Below are positions 1 to 10,005 of a stretch of 64,000 nucleotides of DNA, piece by piece. A program made the position numbers and the translations under genes. Position 1 is the stretch's first letter. The number at the start of each line of letters is the position of its first letter. The DNA is taken from positions 1,243,981 to 1,307,980 of the forward strand of contig OZ223269.1 in assembly GCA_965140585.1 (NCBI GenBank), given 5' to 3'. The DNA is from Spirochaetia bacterium. Its GTDB lineage: Bacteria > Spirochaetota > Spirochaetia > UBA9216. Under the pieces are notes generated by a model. That model was not told the DNA's origin. It did no database searches and saw only the letters and a program-made list of their open reading frames with translations.

Positions 1-37
1 GGGACAAGGATGTCCCGTGTCAAATAATCAAGGAGGA
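1..37 (+). promoter_or_regulatory. CsrA-binding hairpin and RBS in the flaB leader
   Basis: GGGACA-AGGA-TGTCCC stem-loop at 1-16 containing ACAAGGATGT (CsrA consensus); further GGA motifs in the SD AAGGAGG at 30-36. Confidence 0.8.
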
Positions 38-41
38 TTAT

Positions 42-914
42 ATGATCATTAATCACAACATCAGTGCGATGTTTGCCCAGAGAAGTCAGAAATTCAATTC
101 ATGGGCAATGGACTCAGACATGAGTAAGCTTTCATCAGGTATGCGGATTAACAAAGCTGGTGATGATGCTTCCGGTCTTGCCGTTTCAGAAAAGATGAGA
201 TCACAGATTAGAGGTCTCAACAGAGCTGAGAAGAATGCAGAAGACGGAATATCATTTATTCAGGCTACTGAAGGCTACCTCGGTGAAACAACTCAAATTC
301 TTCAGAGACTCAGAGAACTCGCAGTACAGTCTTCCAACGGTATTTATTCAAGTGAAGACAGAATGCAGATTCAGGTTGAAGTTTCACAGCTGATTGACGA
401 AGTCAACAGAATTGCATCACACGCACAGTTCAACGGAATGAATATGCTCACAGGCCGCTTTGCTAAGGAAGGCGCTGAAAATTTCGTTACAGCAAGTATG
501 TGGCTGCATATCGGTGCAAATATCGATCAGCGTGAAAGAATGTACATTGGTACAATGACAGCCCAGGGTCTCGGTCTTCAGCAGGCAGGCGGTTACGCTC
601 ATTCTGCTAGTTTTATCTCCATATCAACACCGGACAAAGCTAACATCTCGATAGCTATGATTGATACTGCAATCAGAAAAGTTAACAAACAGAGAGCCGA
701 TCTGGGTGCTTACCAGAACCGGCTTGAATATGCAGCTCAGGGACTGTCCATAGGTGCTGAAAATCTGCAGGCTGCAGAATCCAGAATCAGGGACGCCGAT
801 ATGGCTAAGGAAATGGTTACTTACGTTAAGGATCAGATCCTTGTTCAGGCTTCTACAGCAATGCTGGCACAGGCTAACCAGAAAGGTCAGTCAGTACTTC
901 AGCTCTTTCAGTAG
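42..914 (+). CDS. flaB: Flagellin, periplasmic flagellar filament core protein (FlaB class)
   Basis: [10 protein letters not shown]...[31 protein letters not shown]-terminus and [12 protein letters not shown]...MLAQAN C-terminus; 290 aa. Confidence 0.98.
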   Translation: MIINHNISAMFAQRSQKFNSWAMDSDMSKLSSGMRINKAGDDASGLAVSEKMRSQIRGLNRAEKNAEDGISFIQATEGYLGETTQILQRLRELAVQSSNGIYSSEDRMQIQVEVSQLIDEVNRIASHAQFNGMNMLTGRFAKEGAENFVTASMWLHIGANIDQRERMYIGTMTAQGLGLQQAGGYAHSASFISISTPDKANISIAMIDTAIRKVNKQRADLGAYQNRLEYAAQGLSIGAENLQAAESRIRDADMAKEMVTYVKDQILVQASTAMLAQANQKGQSVLQLFQ

Positions 915-960
915 ATTTAAAGCATTCAAAGTTCCAGTCCAGACATTAACTGATACCAGG

Positions 961-987
961 GAGACTTCCGTATGGAAGTCTCTTTTT
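961..987 (+). terminator. Intrinsic terminator of flaB
   Basis: GAGACTTCC-GTAT-GGAAGTCTC followed by TTTTT. Confidence 0.9.
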
Positions 988-1036
988 GTTTCTGTATTGT
1001 TGACAAGCTTAATGTATCAGGTATTATTGTAATCTT

Positions 1037-2398
1037 ATGAGACGCAAAGTTGATCCTGATGTTATTAAATTCTCAAAGATTATCAAGGATGCAGGCTACA
1101 GCTGTTTCCTGGTCGGAGGGGCTGTCAGAAACATCTCTGCAGGCCTGAAGGTCTCTGATTATGATTTTACAACGGATGCAAAGCCTGAGATCATCTGCAG
1201 CCTGTTCAGAAATGTTATACCTACCGGCATTAAACATGGAACTGTAACTGTACTTTTTAAAAATCATAGATTTGAAATAACAACCTATAGAGAGGATGGC
1301 GAGTACACCGATTTCAGACGACCAGACGAGGTAAAATTTACCCCTGATATTTTTGAAGACTTAAAAAGACGTGATTTTACCATTAACTCAATGGCCTATG
1401 ATGTTCTGACTGATGAACTTCTAGACCCTCACGGCGGCCGCAGCGACCTTGATGCCGGAATAATCAAAGCCATTGGAAATCCGGCAGACCGGTTCCAGGA
1501 AGATGCACTCCGGATAATGAGAGCATGCCGTTTTGCCGCTCAGCTGGAATTTCAAATCGAAACCGAAACATTTAATGGAATGAAGCTCAAGGCAGAGAAT
1601 CTCAGGGCGGTATCAGCAGAAAGGATACGCGATGAGATAGAAAAAATATTCAAAACCAGACTTCCCTCAATAGCATTCCAGATAATGGAAAAAACAGGTG
1701 TTATGCAGGTAATACTTCCTGAGCTTTCAGTTTGCCGGGGCGTTGCACAGAAGGGCTATCATGATTTTGATGTACTTGATCACCTCCTTTTTTCATGTGA
1801 CGGAGCACCGCCGGATAATATGATTGTAAGGCTTGCAGCCCTTCTCCACGATACTGGAAAACCCGATGCCGCAGATATTGATACTGATGGGTTTCCTACA
1901 TTTCATGGACATGAAATAAAATCTGTAGCTATCAGCAGAGAAATTATCCAGCGTTTTAAATTCTCTAAAAATGCGGAAGCCCGAACTCTTCACCTGATTA
2001 AGCATCATATGTTTAATTATCAGGATGAATGGACTGATGCAGCGGTACGCCGATTCATATCAAGGGTTGGCACTGACTACATTAACGATCTTTTTATACT
2101 CAGACGGGCTGATCAGTACGGTATGAAAAAGTCCTATGCTGACTCGCAGAACCTGCTGGATCTTAAAAAAAGAATCGATGCAATACTTTCACAGGAAAAT
2201 GCATTCAGTATAAGGGACCTTGCAGTAAATGGAAACATGCTTAATATCAAGGCGGGTATACCAAAGGGACCTGCAATGGGCACAGTACTTGAATTTCTGC
2301 TTGAATCGGTTCTTGAAGATCCAGAATTAAATACTGAGGGTAAATTATTAAAAATTGCTGATAATTTTTACAGAAAAAGGATTAATCTTCCTCAATAA
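1037..2398 (+). CDS. cca: Class II CCA tRNA nucleotidyltransferase with HD domain
   Basis: LVGGAVRN...DYDFTT, EITTYR, DLKRRDFTINSMA, RFQEDALRIMRACRF, LLHDTGK; both tRNA genes in the window lack an encoded CCA. Confidence 0.92.
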   Translation: MRRKVDPDVIKFSKIIKDAGYSCFLVGGAVRNISAGLKVSDYDFTTDAKPEIICSLFRNVIPTGIKHGTVTVLFKNHRFEITTYREDGEYTDFRRPDEVKFTPDIFEDLKRRDFTINSMAYDVLTDELLDPHGGRSDLDAGIIKAIGNPADRFQEDALRIMRACRFAAQLEFQIETETFNGMKLKAENLRAVSAERIRDEIEKIFKTRLPSIAFQIMEKTGVMQVILPELSVCRGVAQKGYHDFDVLDHLLFSCDGAPPDNMIVRLAALLHDTGKPDAADIDTDGFPTFHGHEIKSVAISREIIQRFKFSKNAEARTLHLIKHHMFNYQDEWTDAAVRRFISRVGTDYINDLFILRRADQYGMKKSYADSQNLLDLKKRIDAILSQENAFSIRDLAVNGNMLNIKAGIPKGPAMGTVLEFLLESVLEDPELNTEGKLLKIADNFYRKRINLPQ

Positions 2399-3143
2399 AC
2401 TCAGGAATTAAAGTTTTATATGCTATACCTGCAGCCTGCTGTTCAGCTTCTTTTTTATTCTTTCCCTTTCCGGGTCCGTATGCAGTACCTTTAACCTTAA
2501 CTTCAATCCAGAAGGTTCTGTCATGATCAGGCCCTGTCTTTTTGACCAGGTTATATCTGGGATAACTTTTGTAATTTTTCTGAACGTATTCCTGTAGAAG
2601 TGTTTTGTAGTCTTTTCTGTGCTTATTTTCTATTACCTTATTAATTTCGGGAATAAGGTATTTAAGAATAAAATTCTGAACACTTTTAAATCCGGAATCA
2701 AGATAGTAGGCGCCAATTATTGCTTCCATGCAGTCAGCAAGAATGGCTTTTTTTGATCGGCCGCCTGAATATTCCTCGCCTTTTCCAATGAGTATGAAAT
2801 TATCAACCTTTATATTCTTGGCGATTCCTGCAAGACTGTCTTCGCTCACAACAAAGGATTTAATCCTGGCGAGATCACCTTCCGGTTTGTCAGCCATGAT
2901 ACGGAAAAGATAATCACTTACAACCATACCGAGTACACTGTCACCAAGGAATTCGAGTTTTTCGTTATTATCTATATCTGAACTGTTTTCGTTTGAAAAC
3001 GAACGGTGGGAGAAGGCAAGGTTCAGGAAGTCTAATTTCCTGAACCTTATCCCTGCGTGCTTCTCAAATAACTGCAGCTCTTTCTTTCTTTCAGGATCAA
3101 CCGATGGAGTTTTGAGCGCAGGCAGTTTAGGTAAAAGAACCAC
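2382..3143 (-). CDS. rnc: Ribonuclease III
   Basis: NEKLEFLGDSVL signature, ADCMEAIIGA, C-terminal dsRBD (DYKTLLQE...GKGKNKKEAEQQAA). Confidence 0.97.
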   Translation of the reverse strand: MVLLPKLPALKTPSVDPERKKELQLFEKHAGIRFRKLDFLNLAFSHRSFSNENSSDIDNNEKLEFLGDSVLGMVVSDYLFRIMADKPEGDLARIKSFVVSEDSLAGIAKNIKVDNFILIGKGEEYSGGRSKKAILADCMEAIIGAYYLDSGFKSVQNFILKYLIPEINKVIENKHRKDYKTLLQEYVQKNYKSYPRYNLVKKTGPDHDRTFWIEVKVKGTAYGPGKGKNKKEAEQQAAGIAYKTLIPEFIEED

Positions 3144-3156
3144 GACGAAATAATTC

Positions 3157-3393
3157 TTAGCTCTGTGCTGATTTGATAAAGTTTACCGCATCGCCAACAG
3201 TTTCAAACTCGTTAGCTTTCTCGTCAGGGATAGTGATTCCCATTTCTTCTTCGATTGCATAAACCAGCTCGTAAGTGTCAAGACTGTCAGCGCCAAGATC
3301 CTGTCTGAATGATGCTTCAGGAGTGATCTTGTCTTCTTCAACCTCAAGCTTTTCAGCAATAAGCTTCTTTATTTTTTCAAAAAGCTCGTCCAT
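3157..3393 (-). CDS. acpP: Acyl carrier protein
   Basis: DLGADSLD phosphopantetheine site; acidic 78 aa. Confidence 0.98.
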   Translation of the reverse strand: MDELFEKIKKLIAEKLEVEEDKITPEASFRQDLGADSLDTYELVYAIEEEMGITIPDEKANEFETVGDAVNFIKSAQS

Positions 3394-3413
3394 TCTTTGC
3401 TCCTTCTTAGGCT

Positions 3414-3602
3414 TTACGCCATTTCTTCAAGCTCAATAACCTGTTTTCCACGGTAAAAGCCGCATTTTGAGCATACCCTGTGGGGCAGGATCAAGTTGCC
3501 GCAGCTACCGCACTCAACCAGATTACTAGCGTTTAGCTTGTTATTGATAGACCTTCTTCTCCGGCTTCTGGCCTTTGAAGTTTTATATTTTGGTACTGCC
3601 AT
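3414..3602 (-). CDS. rpmF: 50S ribosomal protein L32 (zinc-binding form)
   Basis: MAVPKYKTSKAR; CxxC...PHRVCxxCGFYRG. Confidence 0.98.
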   Translation of the reverse strand: MAVPKYKTSKARSRRRRSINNKLNASNLVECGSCGNLILPHRVCSKCGFYRGKQVIELEEMA

Positions 3603-3701
3603 TATTAATGCCTCTCATACAACTTATAGTTAACAGACCATACAGTATAGAATTACAATTGTCAAGCACCCCATAATGCAAAGTCTTTTTATAAATAATA
3701 C

Positions 3702-4184
3702 CTACTCAGGGTATTTAAATTTACTCTTTAAACCTGCTTCTACGCAATCGGGAACCATGCCGGAGACACTCCCATGCATTCTGGCAATTTCCTTAACACT
3801 TGATGACCTGGTTACGAAAAATTCAGGATCTGTGGGCATAAAAAGTATCTCTATATCAGGATTCAGAGTTTTATTAGTCATAGCAAGTTCAAACTCATAC
3901 CCGAAATCAGTTAAAGCCCTTACACCCCTGATCATCACATGGGAGCCGACCTTCTTTGCGTAATCAACCATCAGCATATCTGTTACCGCAACATTGACAT
4001 TTCCGATATCCTGCGTGATCTCATTAAGAAAGTCTTCCCGTTCTTTAACTGTAAAAAGAGTTTTCTTCTCTCCATTATCGGCTATTACAACTTCAAGCGA
4101 ATCAAAGACAGTTGCTGCTCTTCTTATCAGATTAAGATGTCCGTTTGTCGGAGGATCAAAAGACCCCGGAAATAGAACTTTCAT
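3702..4184 (-). CDS. coaD: Phosphopantetheine adenylyltransferase
   Basis: FPGSFDPPTNGH, IRGVRALTDFGYE, SSSVKEIA; start trimmed to ATG 4184 (TTGATC-17-TACACT-6-ATG). Confidence 0.95.
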   Translation of the reverse strand: MKVLFPGSFDPPTNGHLNLIRRAATVFDSLEVVIADNGEKKTLFTVKEREDFLNEITQDIGNVNVAVTDMLMVDYAKKVGSHVMIRGVRALTDFGYEFELAMTNKTLNPDIEILFMPTDPEFFVTRSSSVKEIARMHGSVSGMVPDCVEAGLKSKFKYPE

Positions 4185-4284
4185 TGCGAAAGTGTAAACG
4201 CAAAGGCTTTTTAGATCAACATTTAGTTTTTCCTTTTTAAAAATTATTTTTGACAAACTATCACTAAAACTATAAACTTGTTGT

Positions 4285-4860
4285 ATGAAATTGAAGCTGA
4301 TTTTTGCTTTATTGCTTTTACCGGCATTGTTTACGGCTATCTCATGTACCACTGTTGATGAAGCTTCCGACAATGTTACAGAGCCGGTTGTCGTAGAAAC
4401 CGTGCAGATAGAAGAAGAACCTGAAATAGTAGAGGAACCTGTTGTCCAGGAACCTATAGAAGAAGAATTCGTTGTAACCGAAGAGATATACACCGAAACA
4501 TTTGATAATATCCAGGATGTAATTACAAACCTGAACAAGGTTATTGCAGCTAAGGATTATCAGGTATGGCTGGAATATCTTACTGATGAATACAAAACAT
4601 ACTACAGTGATCCGGAACTCCTTAAGCAGTACACAGAGCTGTACAAGCAGCGTGGATATAATTACAGAATCGAAACCCTTAAGGACTATTTTCTCTATCT
4701 TGTCGTGATCTCAAGGGCGAATGCCAAACTCGATGAAATAGTGTTCATTGACAAGGATCATGTAAAAGCCCTTTCAATTTTAAAGGGACAGCTGTCAGTA
4801 CTTTACTATCTTGAAAAAGATGAAAACATCTGGAAAATAGGACTAAAACCTGAAAATTAG
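4285..4860 (+). CDS. Hypothetical lipoprotein
   Basis: Signal peptide with lipobox AISC; acidic E/V/P linker. Confidence 0.8.
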   Translation: MKLKLIFALLLLPALFTAISCTTVDEASDNVTEPVVVETVQIEEEPEIVEEPVVQEPIEEEFVVTEEIYTETFDNIQDVITNLNKVIAAKDYQVWLEYLTDEYKTYYSDPELLKQYTELYKQRGYNYRIETLKDYFLYLVVISRANAKLDEIVFIDKDHVKALSILKGQLSVLYYLEKDENIWKIGLKPEN

Positions 4861-4908
4861 TGTATACTTTATATGATGAGGTACCGAACTATAGAACGGG
4901 GAGAGAAA

Positions 4909-5607
4909 ATGAAAAAGATTTTATTAACTGCAATCTGCCTGCTTATTTTACTGTCTGTACCGGCGGTAATATTTGCTCAGCAGGACGACGAACTTACTGT
5001 TGAGGAAATATACCTTCAGAACATTGAGATGGTAATTATAAAAGAACAGGCTTCTACTATGGACCGTGATGCCAAGTTAATGGCACTTAAAAACATAGAA
5101 GAAATGATTGATGAAGGAAAAGCCGGTGAAGGCGATCCCGAAATTCATTATATCCTTGATTTTCTTGCACAGGAAGGAATCGGACGCGAGATTAACGAAG
5201 GCGGACGAATGATAAACAATATGCCTGTTGTCAGAAAAGAAGCCTGCACACTTCTCGGTGAACTTGGCGGAGAAGACGCCAAAAATACATTGATGGATAT
5301 TGCTCTCAAAGATGATGAAACGATGGTTCTGTCTGAGGCTATATACGCACTCGGCAAGATAGGTATGAATAAAAACAATGAAGTCACTCAGACTATTGCC
5401 AGTGTAGTTATATCCCAGAACACACTTGGACCGGATGATAATCTTGCCTACTCTGCTCTACTGGCTTTTGAAAAACTTGCCGATGCAAATAAGGGAATCA
5501 GTGATCCTCTTGCATTTCAGGCAATCATTGGTATAGCTCAGGGCAGTTATATCAGACCAGTAAAAATGAAGGCTAATGAATTACTGAATAATCTTAGAAA
5601 ATACTAA
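4909..5607 (+). CDS. Exported HEAT-repeat protein
   Basis: Signal peptide MKKILLTAICL...IFA; HEAT-like VRKEACTLLGELG and VLSEAIYALGKIG. Confidence 0.8.
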   Translation: MKKILLTAICLLILLSVPAVIFAQQDDELTVEEIYLQNIEMVIIKEQASTMDRDAKLMALKNIEEMIDEGKAGEGDPEIHYILDFLAQEGIGREINEGGRMINNMPVVRKEACTLLGELGGEDAKNTLMDIALKDDETMVLSEAIYALGKIGMNKNNEVTQTIASVVISQNTLGPDDNLAYSALLAFEKLADANKGISDPLAFQAIIGIAQGSYIRPVKMKANELLNNLRKY

Positions 5608-5624
5608 TTGCAGTTATTTTAAAT

Positions 5625-5665
5625 ATAAAAAAAGGCTGAACGGTTAACCGTACAGCCTTTTTTAT
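5625..5665. terminator. Bidirectional intrinsic terminator
   Basis: AAAAAAAGGCTG...CAGCCTTTTTT between convergent genes. Confidence 0.88.
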
Positions 5666-5698
5666 TGCAGTTTTCTAACTTCCAAAAGCATCGAAAGC

Positions 5699-6097
5699 TT
5701 ATTTTTTGATTCGACTGCTTACTTTTTTTCGCCAATCATACTTCTTCTCTGCTTCCTCATACTGAATCCTCTTCCTCACGAAGAACTTCATGGGTCCGCC
5801 TGCTCTGGTTTTAATTATACCGAAGCTTCCATTCCCGAGATAGCAGATCTTTTCATCAGATTCAAGCGTTTCCTTTGATTCGAGCTGTTTGAGAATACAG
5901 TCAAAATGAGCCGGTTCTCCGTCTTCACCGGAAGCGATAGCTGTACTCATATCCTTCACAGAATTGCCGCAAATAGGACAGTTCGGAAAGTCTTTTTTAC
6001 CGTATCGCTTTCCTCCACGGTACCGTCGATTACGGCGGCTGCCGTCATTTTTCTTCTTTGGTTCATTCGATGATAATTCTCGTTTCTGCTCTTCCAT
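5699..6097 (-). CDS. Hypothetical protein with basic N-terminus and CxxC...HxxC zinc finger
   Basis: CPICG...AHFDC...YLGNGSFG; TGATG overlap with upstream gene. Confidence 0.8.
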   Translation of the reverse strand: MEEQKRELSSNEPKKKNDGSRRNRRYRGGKRYGKKDFPNCPICGNSVKDMSTAIASGEDGEPAHFDCILKQLESKETLESDEKICYLGNGSFGIIKTRAGGPMKFFVRKRIQYEEAEKKYDWRKKVSSRIKK

Positions 6098-6240
6098 CAA
6101 GTCTCTCTCTGATTGATCAGTTCCTTTGTAAGTGTCTGTGCGATTCTGCTTATTGCAACATCAAGATAAGCAGGATCATTAATCTTTTCCTTAAGCTCCT
6201 TAAGCTTTTTAGGATCTGTCTGTTTAGCTATTCTAATCAT
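6097..6240 (-). CDS. 47-aa microprotein resembling the FlgM C-terminal helices
   Basis: ATG 6240 after GGAG/AGGA; overlaps both neighbours; DPKKLKELKEKINDPAYLDVAISRIAQTL. Confidence 0.65.
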   Translation of the reverse strand: MIRIAKQTDPKKLKELKEKINDPAYLDVAISRIAQTLTKELINQRET

Positions 6241-6592
6241 ATATTCCTGTCTCCGTAAAGGCATTCCTAATATGTTCCAGTCCAGACAATAACCCTTTGT
6301 GGAAAACCACGTCATACCTCACCGTTTTATTCTGATACCACTCATTTTCGGCAAGGTAGTATTTAGAACAGGATATAATACGTTCCCGCTTAATCCTGTT
6401 AATACCTATTTCAATATCCTCAATACTGAGGCTGTCCCAGCGTTTAACTTCAACAAAAACCAGTTCATCTTCATCCAGTGCAATAATATCTATTTCTGCT
6501 CTTCTGGTTCTGTAATTTCTTGCTACAATCTTCCAGCCGAGGCTTTCAAGATATTCTACTGCAAGATCCTCTCCGTCTCTGCCTTTGTTCAG
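6233..6592 (-). CDS. yraN: YraN family (UPF0102) endonuclease-like protein, probable CTG start; absent from ORF track
   Basis: Manual translation: KGRDGEDLAVEYLESLGWKIVARNYRTRRAEIDIIALDEDELVFVEVK...RYDVV...HIRNAF. Confidence 0.9.
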   Translation of the reverse strand: MNKGRDGEDLAVEYLESLGWKIVARNYRTRRAEIDIIALDEDELVFVEVKRWDSLSIEDIEIGINRIKRERIISCSKYYLAENEWYQNKTVRYDVVFHKGLLSGLEHIRNAFTETGIYD

Positions 6593-7707
6593 CCTTTCCC
6601 CATCTCCTTCGGATCCACTGCTCTTGTTATAAAAATGTCTTTCTCTACAAGCAGATCCAGGTAGGTGTTTTTCTGTTTAGGCTTACGCCCTTTTTCGTCT
6701 ATCAGAAGCTGCAGAACCGGTCTTAACGGCGCCGCAGAATGAATTTCGATTATTTTCCCGATTGCGTTATTATTGAGTATTACAATGCTTCCACGCGGGT
6801 ATATACCTATATTCTGTATAAATATTTTCAGAATAGCAGGATCAAATCGTCTTGAATTGTCATTAAGAATCTGTCTGATGGCAGTATAACCTGTCAATGA
6901 ATCCCTGTCGGGCCTGTCCTTACTCATGGCAACAAAAGCATCTGCAACCGAAAGGATTCGTGCTCCAACCGGAATTTTGTTTCCATCAAGACCTCTTGGA
7001 TACCCCTTGCCGTCCCATCGTTCATGATGCGACATGGCAATCCGGCCTACCTCTTCTGCGAGCCCAAGAGCTTTAAGAGCAAGTCTGTACGCATACACTG
7101 TATGTGTTTTCACCTTATCGAGCTCTTCCGGATTAAGCTTACCCTTTTTCCTTATAATATTCTGAGGAATCTGCGTCATTCCTATATCATGTATCAGTGA
7201 AGCATAAGCGATATTAATCAGTCTATGTCCCGGTATCTTAATCTTTAAACCGAGCACGGTTGAATAAATCATGCAGTTAACTGCTGAACACGATAAATTA
7301 TCAACTGCATCCTGCTTTAAAGTTGTAAGAACCATGGCCGATTCAGGTTTATCAAGGATAATCGGATAGAAATTGTGAATTACATCTTCAAGGTCATTGC
7401 TGCTTAGATTTACACCTTTTCTGCAGTCATTGAAAAAAATGTCCATTGAGGCTATGGCCCTGCGGTACGCTTTTAATTCGGAAGAAGTTACGCCTTTTCC
7501 TTCAAAGGATTCATCCGGTGAGGAGGAATTTCCATCCATCAACACACCTTCAGTTCTTACTTCTTCAATTCCCCACTTCAACAGACGCTGTATATCTTTT
7601 TCCCTTATTTCAACATTTTCCGGGACCAGTATACTTTCATCGTCTATATATACAGGTTTTGAGTACTTACTTCCTGCTTCTAATTCCTGTACAGGTATCT
7701 TATTCAT
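6589..7707 (-). CDS. HD-GYP cyclic dinucleotide phosphodiesterase
   Basis: LIHDIG, HHERWDGKGYP, ARILSVADAF, FDP motifs. Confidence 0.93.
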   Translation of the reverse strand: MNKIPVQELEAGSKYSKPVYIDDESILVPENVEIREKDIQRLLKWGIEEVRTEGVLMDGNSSSPDESFEGKGVTSSELKAYRRAIASMDIFFNDCRKGVNLSSNDLEDVIHNFYPIILDKPESAMVLTTLKQDAVDNLSCSAVNCMIYSTVLGLKIKIPGHRLINIAYASLIHDIGMTQIPQNIIRKKGKLNPEELDKVKTHTVYAYRLALKALGLAEEVGRIAMSHHERWDGKGYPRGLDGNKIPVGARILSVADAFVAMSKDRPDRDSLTGYTAIRQILNDNSRRFDPAILKIFIQNIGIYPRGSIVILNNNAIGKIIEIHSAAPLRPVLQLLIDEKGRKPKQKNTYLDLLVEKDIFITRAVDPKEMGKG

Positions 7708-7982
7708 TTATATTCCTGCAGATTATATACAAAAGCGAGAATCCCTGCTGTAATTTCATACAGCTCTTCCGGTATAAAATCACCGGCCTCAAATTCGAAT
7801 AATCTATCAGCAAGGTCTCCTTCTTCAACAATTTCGACATTGTTATCTCTGGCAATCTGAAGAATCTTTTCAGCTTTCTTCCTTTTACCCTTACATACAA
7901 TAAAAGGTGCCGGAAGATTCTTCAAGTACTTAAGAACTATCGCCTTATCAATTTTCTCTTCAAACACTCCGGAAGTACTCAT
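7704..7982 (-). CDS. Stand-alone FlhB C-terminal-like protein (YlqH/FlhX type)
   Basis: AIVLKY...APFIVCKG...AEKILQIARDNNV...IPEELYEITAGILAFVY. Confidence 0.88.
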   Translation of the reverse strand: MSTSGVFEEKIDKAIVLKYLKNLPAPFIVCKGKRKKAEKILQIARDNNVEIVEEGDLADRLFEFEAGDFIPEELYEITAGILAFVYNLQEYK

Positions 7983-8899
7983 ACTAGTTCCTCAAAACCG
8001 GATGCTGCATAATCCGAAGTCAGGCTGAATCCGTCAAATAGGTCTTCCCCGAAACACCAGTTATTTATATTATCGTCAAATTTGATACCGAGGTTTCGCA
8101 GATTTTCCTTTAATTCATTTCGAATCTCTGTTTTTTTTAAGAACCGGCCTTCCTGTGAAGTAAATATCTCTACACGGCGATTATCTCTGCATGGGTTATC
8201 AATAACAAAAAACACTTTTTCCCCGTTGATCACAACTTCAATAACCGCAACCTCGGGAAGTTTTACGTGCTTTCGAAATTTCAATTTCAAACTGCCTTTA
8301 AGAATGCGTTCAGGTCCTTTAAGAGAATACGGAAGAATCAGCCAGTTTGTGACATCTGATTCAACAGAATTGAAAAGTTCATGAAATTTATCATTATTTT
8401 CATGACCTTCATCCAAGCCATTTCCTTCAAGAAATACGACGGCATTTTCATCCGCTATAAAACCTTTTTTGAGCATTTCTGCAGCAATTCTTGCCTTACC
8501 CGGACCAGACTCCTTCAGTCTGGACAGAACTTTTACCATATTTTTTATATTTTCATCTTTTAAAGAAAGACCTGCGTTCTTCATTGCTGTAAGAACGACC
8601 GAACCTTCAATATCTGATTTAAAATATCCGCTTAGTATAGCCGGTATTTTACCTGCTGCAGTATCAGAAAGTCGTAATTCAAGCATGTTACCGTTCCAGA
8701 CTGCTTTGACCCGAAGAGTTTGACCGGAGACAAGCGACAGGCTGCTGATTACTGTAAGAGTTTTTCCGTTAACTGAGATTCTGGCTTTACCGGCATCATG
8801 TGATAAAACTTTTATATATAAAAAATCACCGGTTTTGACATTATCAATACCGGCTTTTAATATGAGATTCCTATTAATTCCTATTGAAGCTAAGTTCAA
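7979..8899 (-). CDS. Hypothetical protein, possibly FliK/YlqG-like; start uncertain (TTG 8899)
   Basis: Long ORF between rplS and the FlhB-like gene; N-terminal beta-rich segment, NWLILPY motif. Confidence 0.6.
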   Translation of the reverse strand: MNLASIGINRNLILKAGIDNVKTGDFLYIKVLSHDAGKARISVNGKTLTVISSLSLVSGQTLRVKAVWNGNMLELRLSDTAAGKIPAILSGYFKSDIEGSVVLTAMKNAGLSLKDENIKNMVKVLSRLKESGPGKARIAAEMLKKGFIADENAVVFLEGNGLDEGHENNDKFHELFNSVESDVTNWLILPYSLKGPERILKGSLKLKFRKHVKLPEVAVIEVVINGEKVFFVIDNPCRDNRRVEIFTSQEGRFLKKTEIRNELKENLRNLGIKFDDNINNWCFGEDLFDGFSLTSDYAASGFEELV

Positions 8900-8903
8900 G
8901 AAA

Positions 8904-9257
8904 TTATTTTTTCTTTTTGATAAGTTCTTTAATCTTAGCCTTTTTACCAACCCTGTCCCGGATGTAGTAAAGTTTTGCTCTTCTTACACGTCCGCGTCGA
9001 ACGATTTCGATGCTTTCAATTTTAGGTGAGTGTACCGGAAAAATTCTTTCAACACCCACACCGTATGAAATCTTTCTGACGGTAAAAGTTTTTCTGGAGC
9101 CATCATTATTGATAGCAATTACAAGACCTTCGTATACCTGTACACGCTCAGTTGTACCTTCAACAATCTTGTAATTGACTTTAACAGTATCACCTATTCT
9201 GAAGTCTGCGACTTCTTCTTTTATCTGCTCTGCTTCAATTGCCTTTATCAGGTCCAT
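8904..9257 (-). CDS. rplS: 50S ribosomal protein L19
   Basis: [41 protein letters not shown]. Confidence 0.99.
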   Translation of the reverse strand: MDLIKAIEAEQIKEEVADFRIGDTVKVNYKIVEGTTERVQVYEGLVIAINNDGSRKTFTVRKISYGVGVERIFPVHSPKIESIEIVRRGRVRRAKLYYIRDRVGKKAKIKELIKKKK

Positions 9258-10005
9258 TTCTGTCCTCCCTGTTAGCTATATCTTTTATCCTGCTAAGTAT
9301 ATTTATTTCTTCGTCCGAAAGTTCTGCATTTTCAAGAAGTTCCGGTCTGTATTTCAACGTCTTTTCAATACTTTTCTCAAGACGCCATTTACGTATATTT
9401 TCATGGTGCCCCGAAAGCAGGATATCAGGTACTTTTACACCCATAAACTCTTCCGGACGCGTATAATGGGGATACTCCAGTATTCCCCTAGCAAAGCTCT
9501 CTTCTTCAAGAGATTCGCTGTTGATAACCCCGTCAACCAGTCTGTAAACTGCATCGACAACGACAAGCGCTGCAGTTTCACCTGATGAGAGAACATAGTC
9601 GCCTATTGAGATTTCGTTATCAATATACGCGTCTAAGACTCTCTGATCAACCCCTTCATAACGTCCGCAGAGAATGACAATCTCTTTTTCCTGCGAAAAA
9701 TCTCCGGCATACTTCTGATTAAACAGATTTCCCGAAGGTGTTACAAAAACTGTTTTTTTCCGGGAAGCGCCTACGGACTCAAGTGCTTTTACTACCGGTT
9801 CCGGCTTCATGACCATCCCGGCGCCGCCTCCGTAGGGCGCATCATCACAGGTTTTATGCCTGTCAAAGGCAAAATCCCTTATATTAACAAGTTCATAGGA
9901 TATTGTTCCTTTTTCAACAGCTTTTGCCATTATTGAACTTGTAAAAAAGCCTTCCAGAATCTCAGGAAACAGGGTCAGAATTGTAAATTTTATTCCAGCA
10001 GCCAT
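9235..10005 (-). CDS. trmD: tRNA (guanine-N1)-methyltransferase
   Basis: [53 protein letters not shown]. Confidence 0.98.
   Translation of the reverse strand: MAAGIKFTILTLFPEILEGFFTSSIMAKAVEKGTISYELVNIRDFAFDRHKTCDDAPYGGGAGMVMKPEPVVKALESVGASRKKTVFVTPSGNLFNQKYAGDFSQEKEIVILCGRYEGVDQRVLDAYIDNEISIGDYVLSSGETAALVVVDAVYRLVDGVINSESLEEESFARGILEYPHYTRPEEFMGVKVPDILLSGHHENIRKWRLEKSIEKTLKYRPELLENAELSDEEINILSRIKDIANREDRNGPDKGN

Noticed and set aside
4185-4538. 118-aa N-terminal extension of coaD in the ORF track
   Set aside because: It is the antisense shadow of the 4285 lipoprotein; CoaD homology and a promoter point to ATG 4184.
6299-6726. Plus-strand ORFs 6299-6664 and 6520-6726, and the many other short ORFs overlapping long genes
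   Set aside because: Shadows of recognisable genes (here yraN and HD-GYP) with no motif support.
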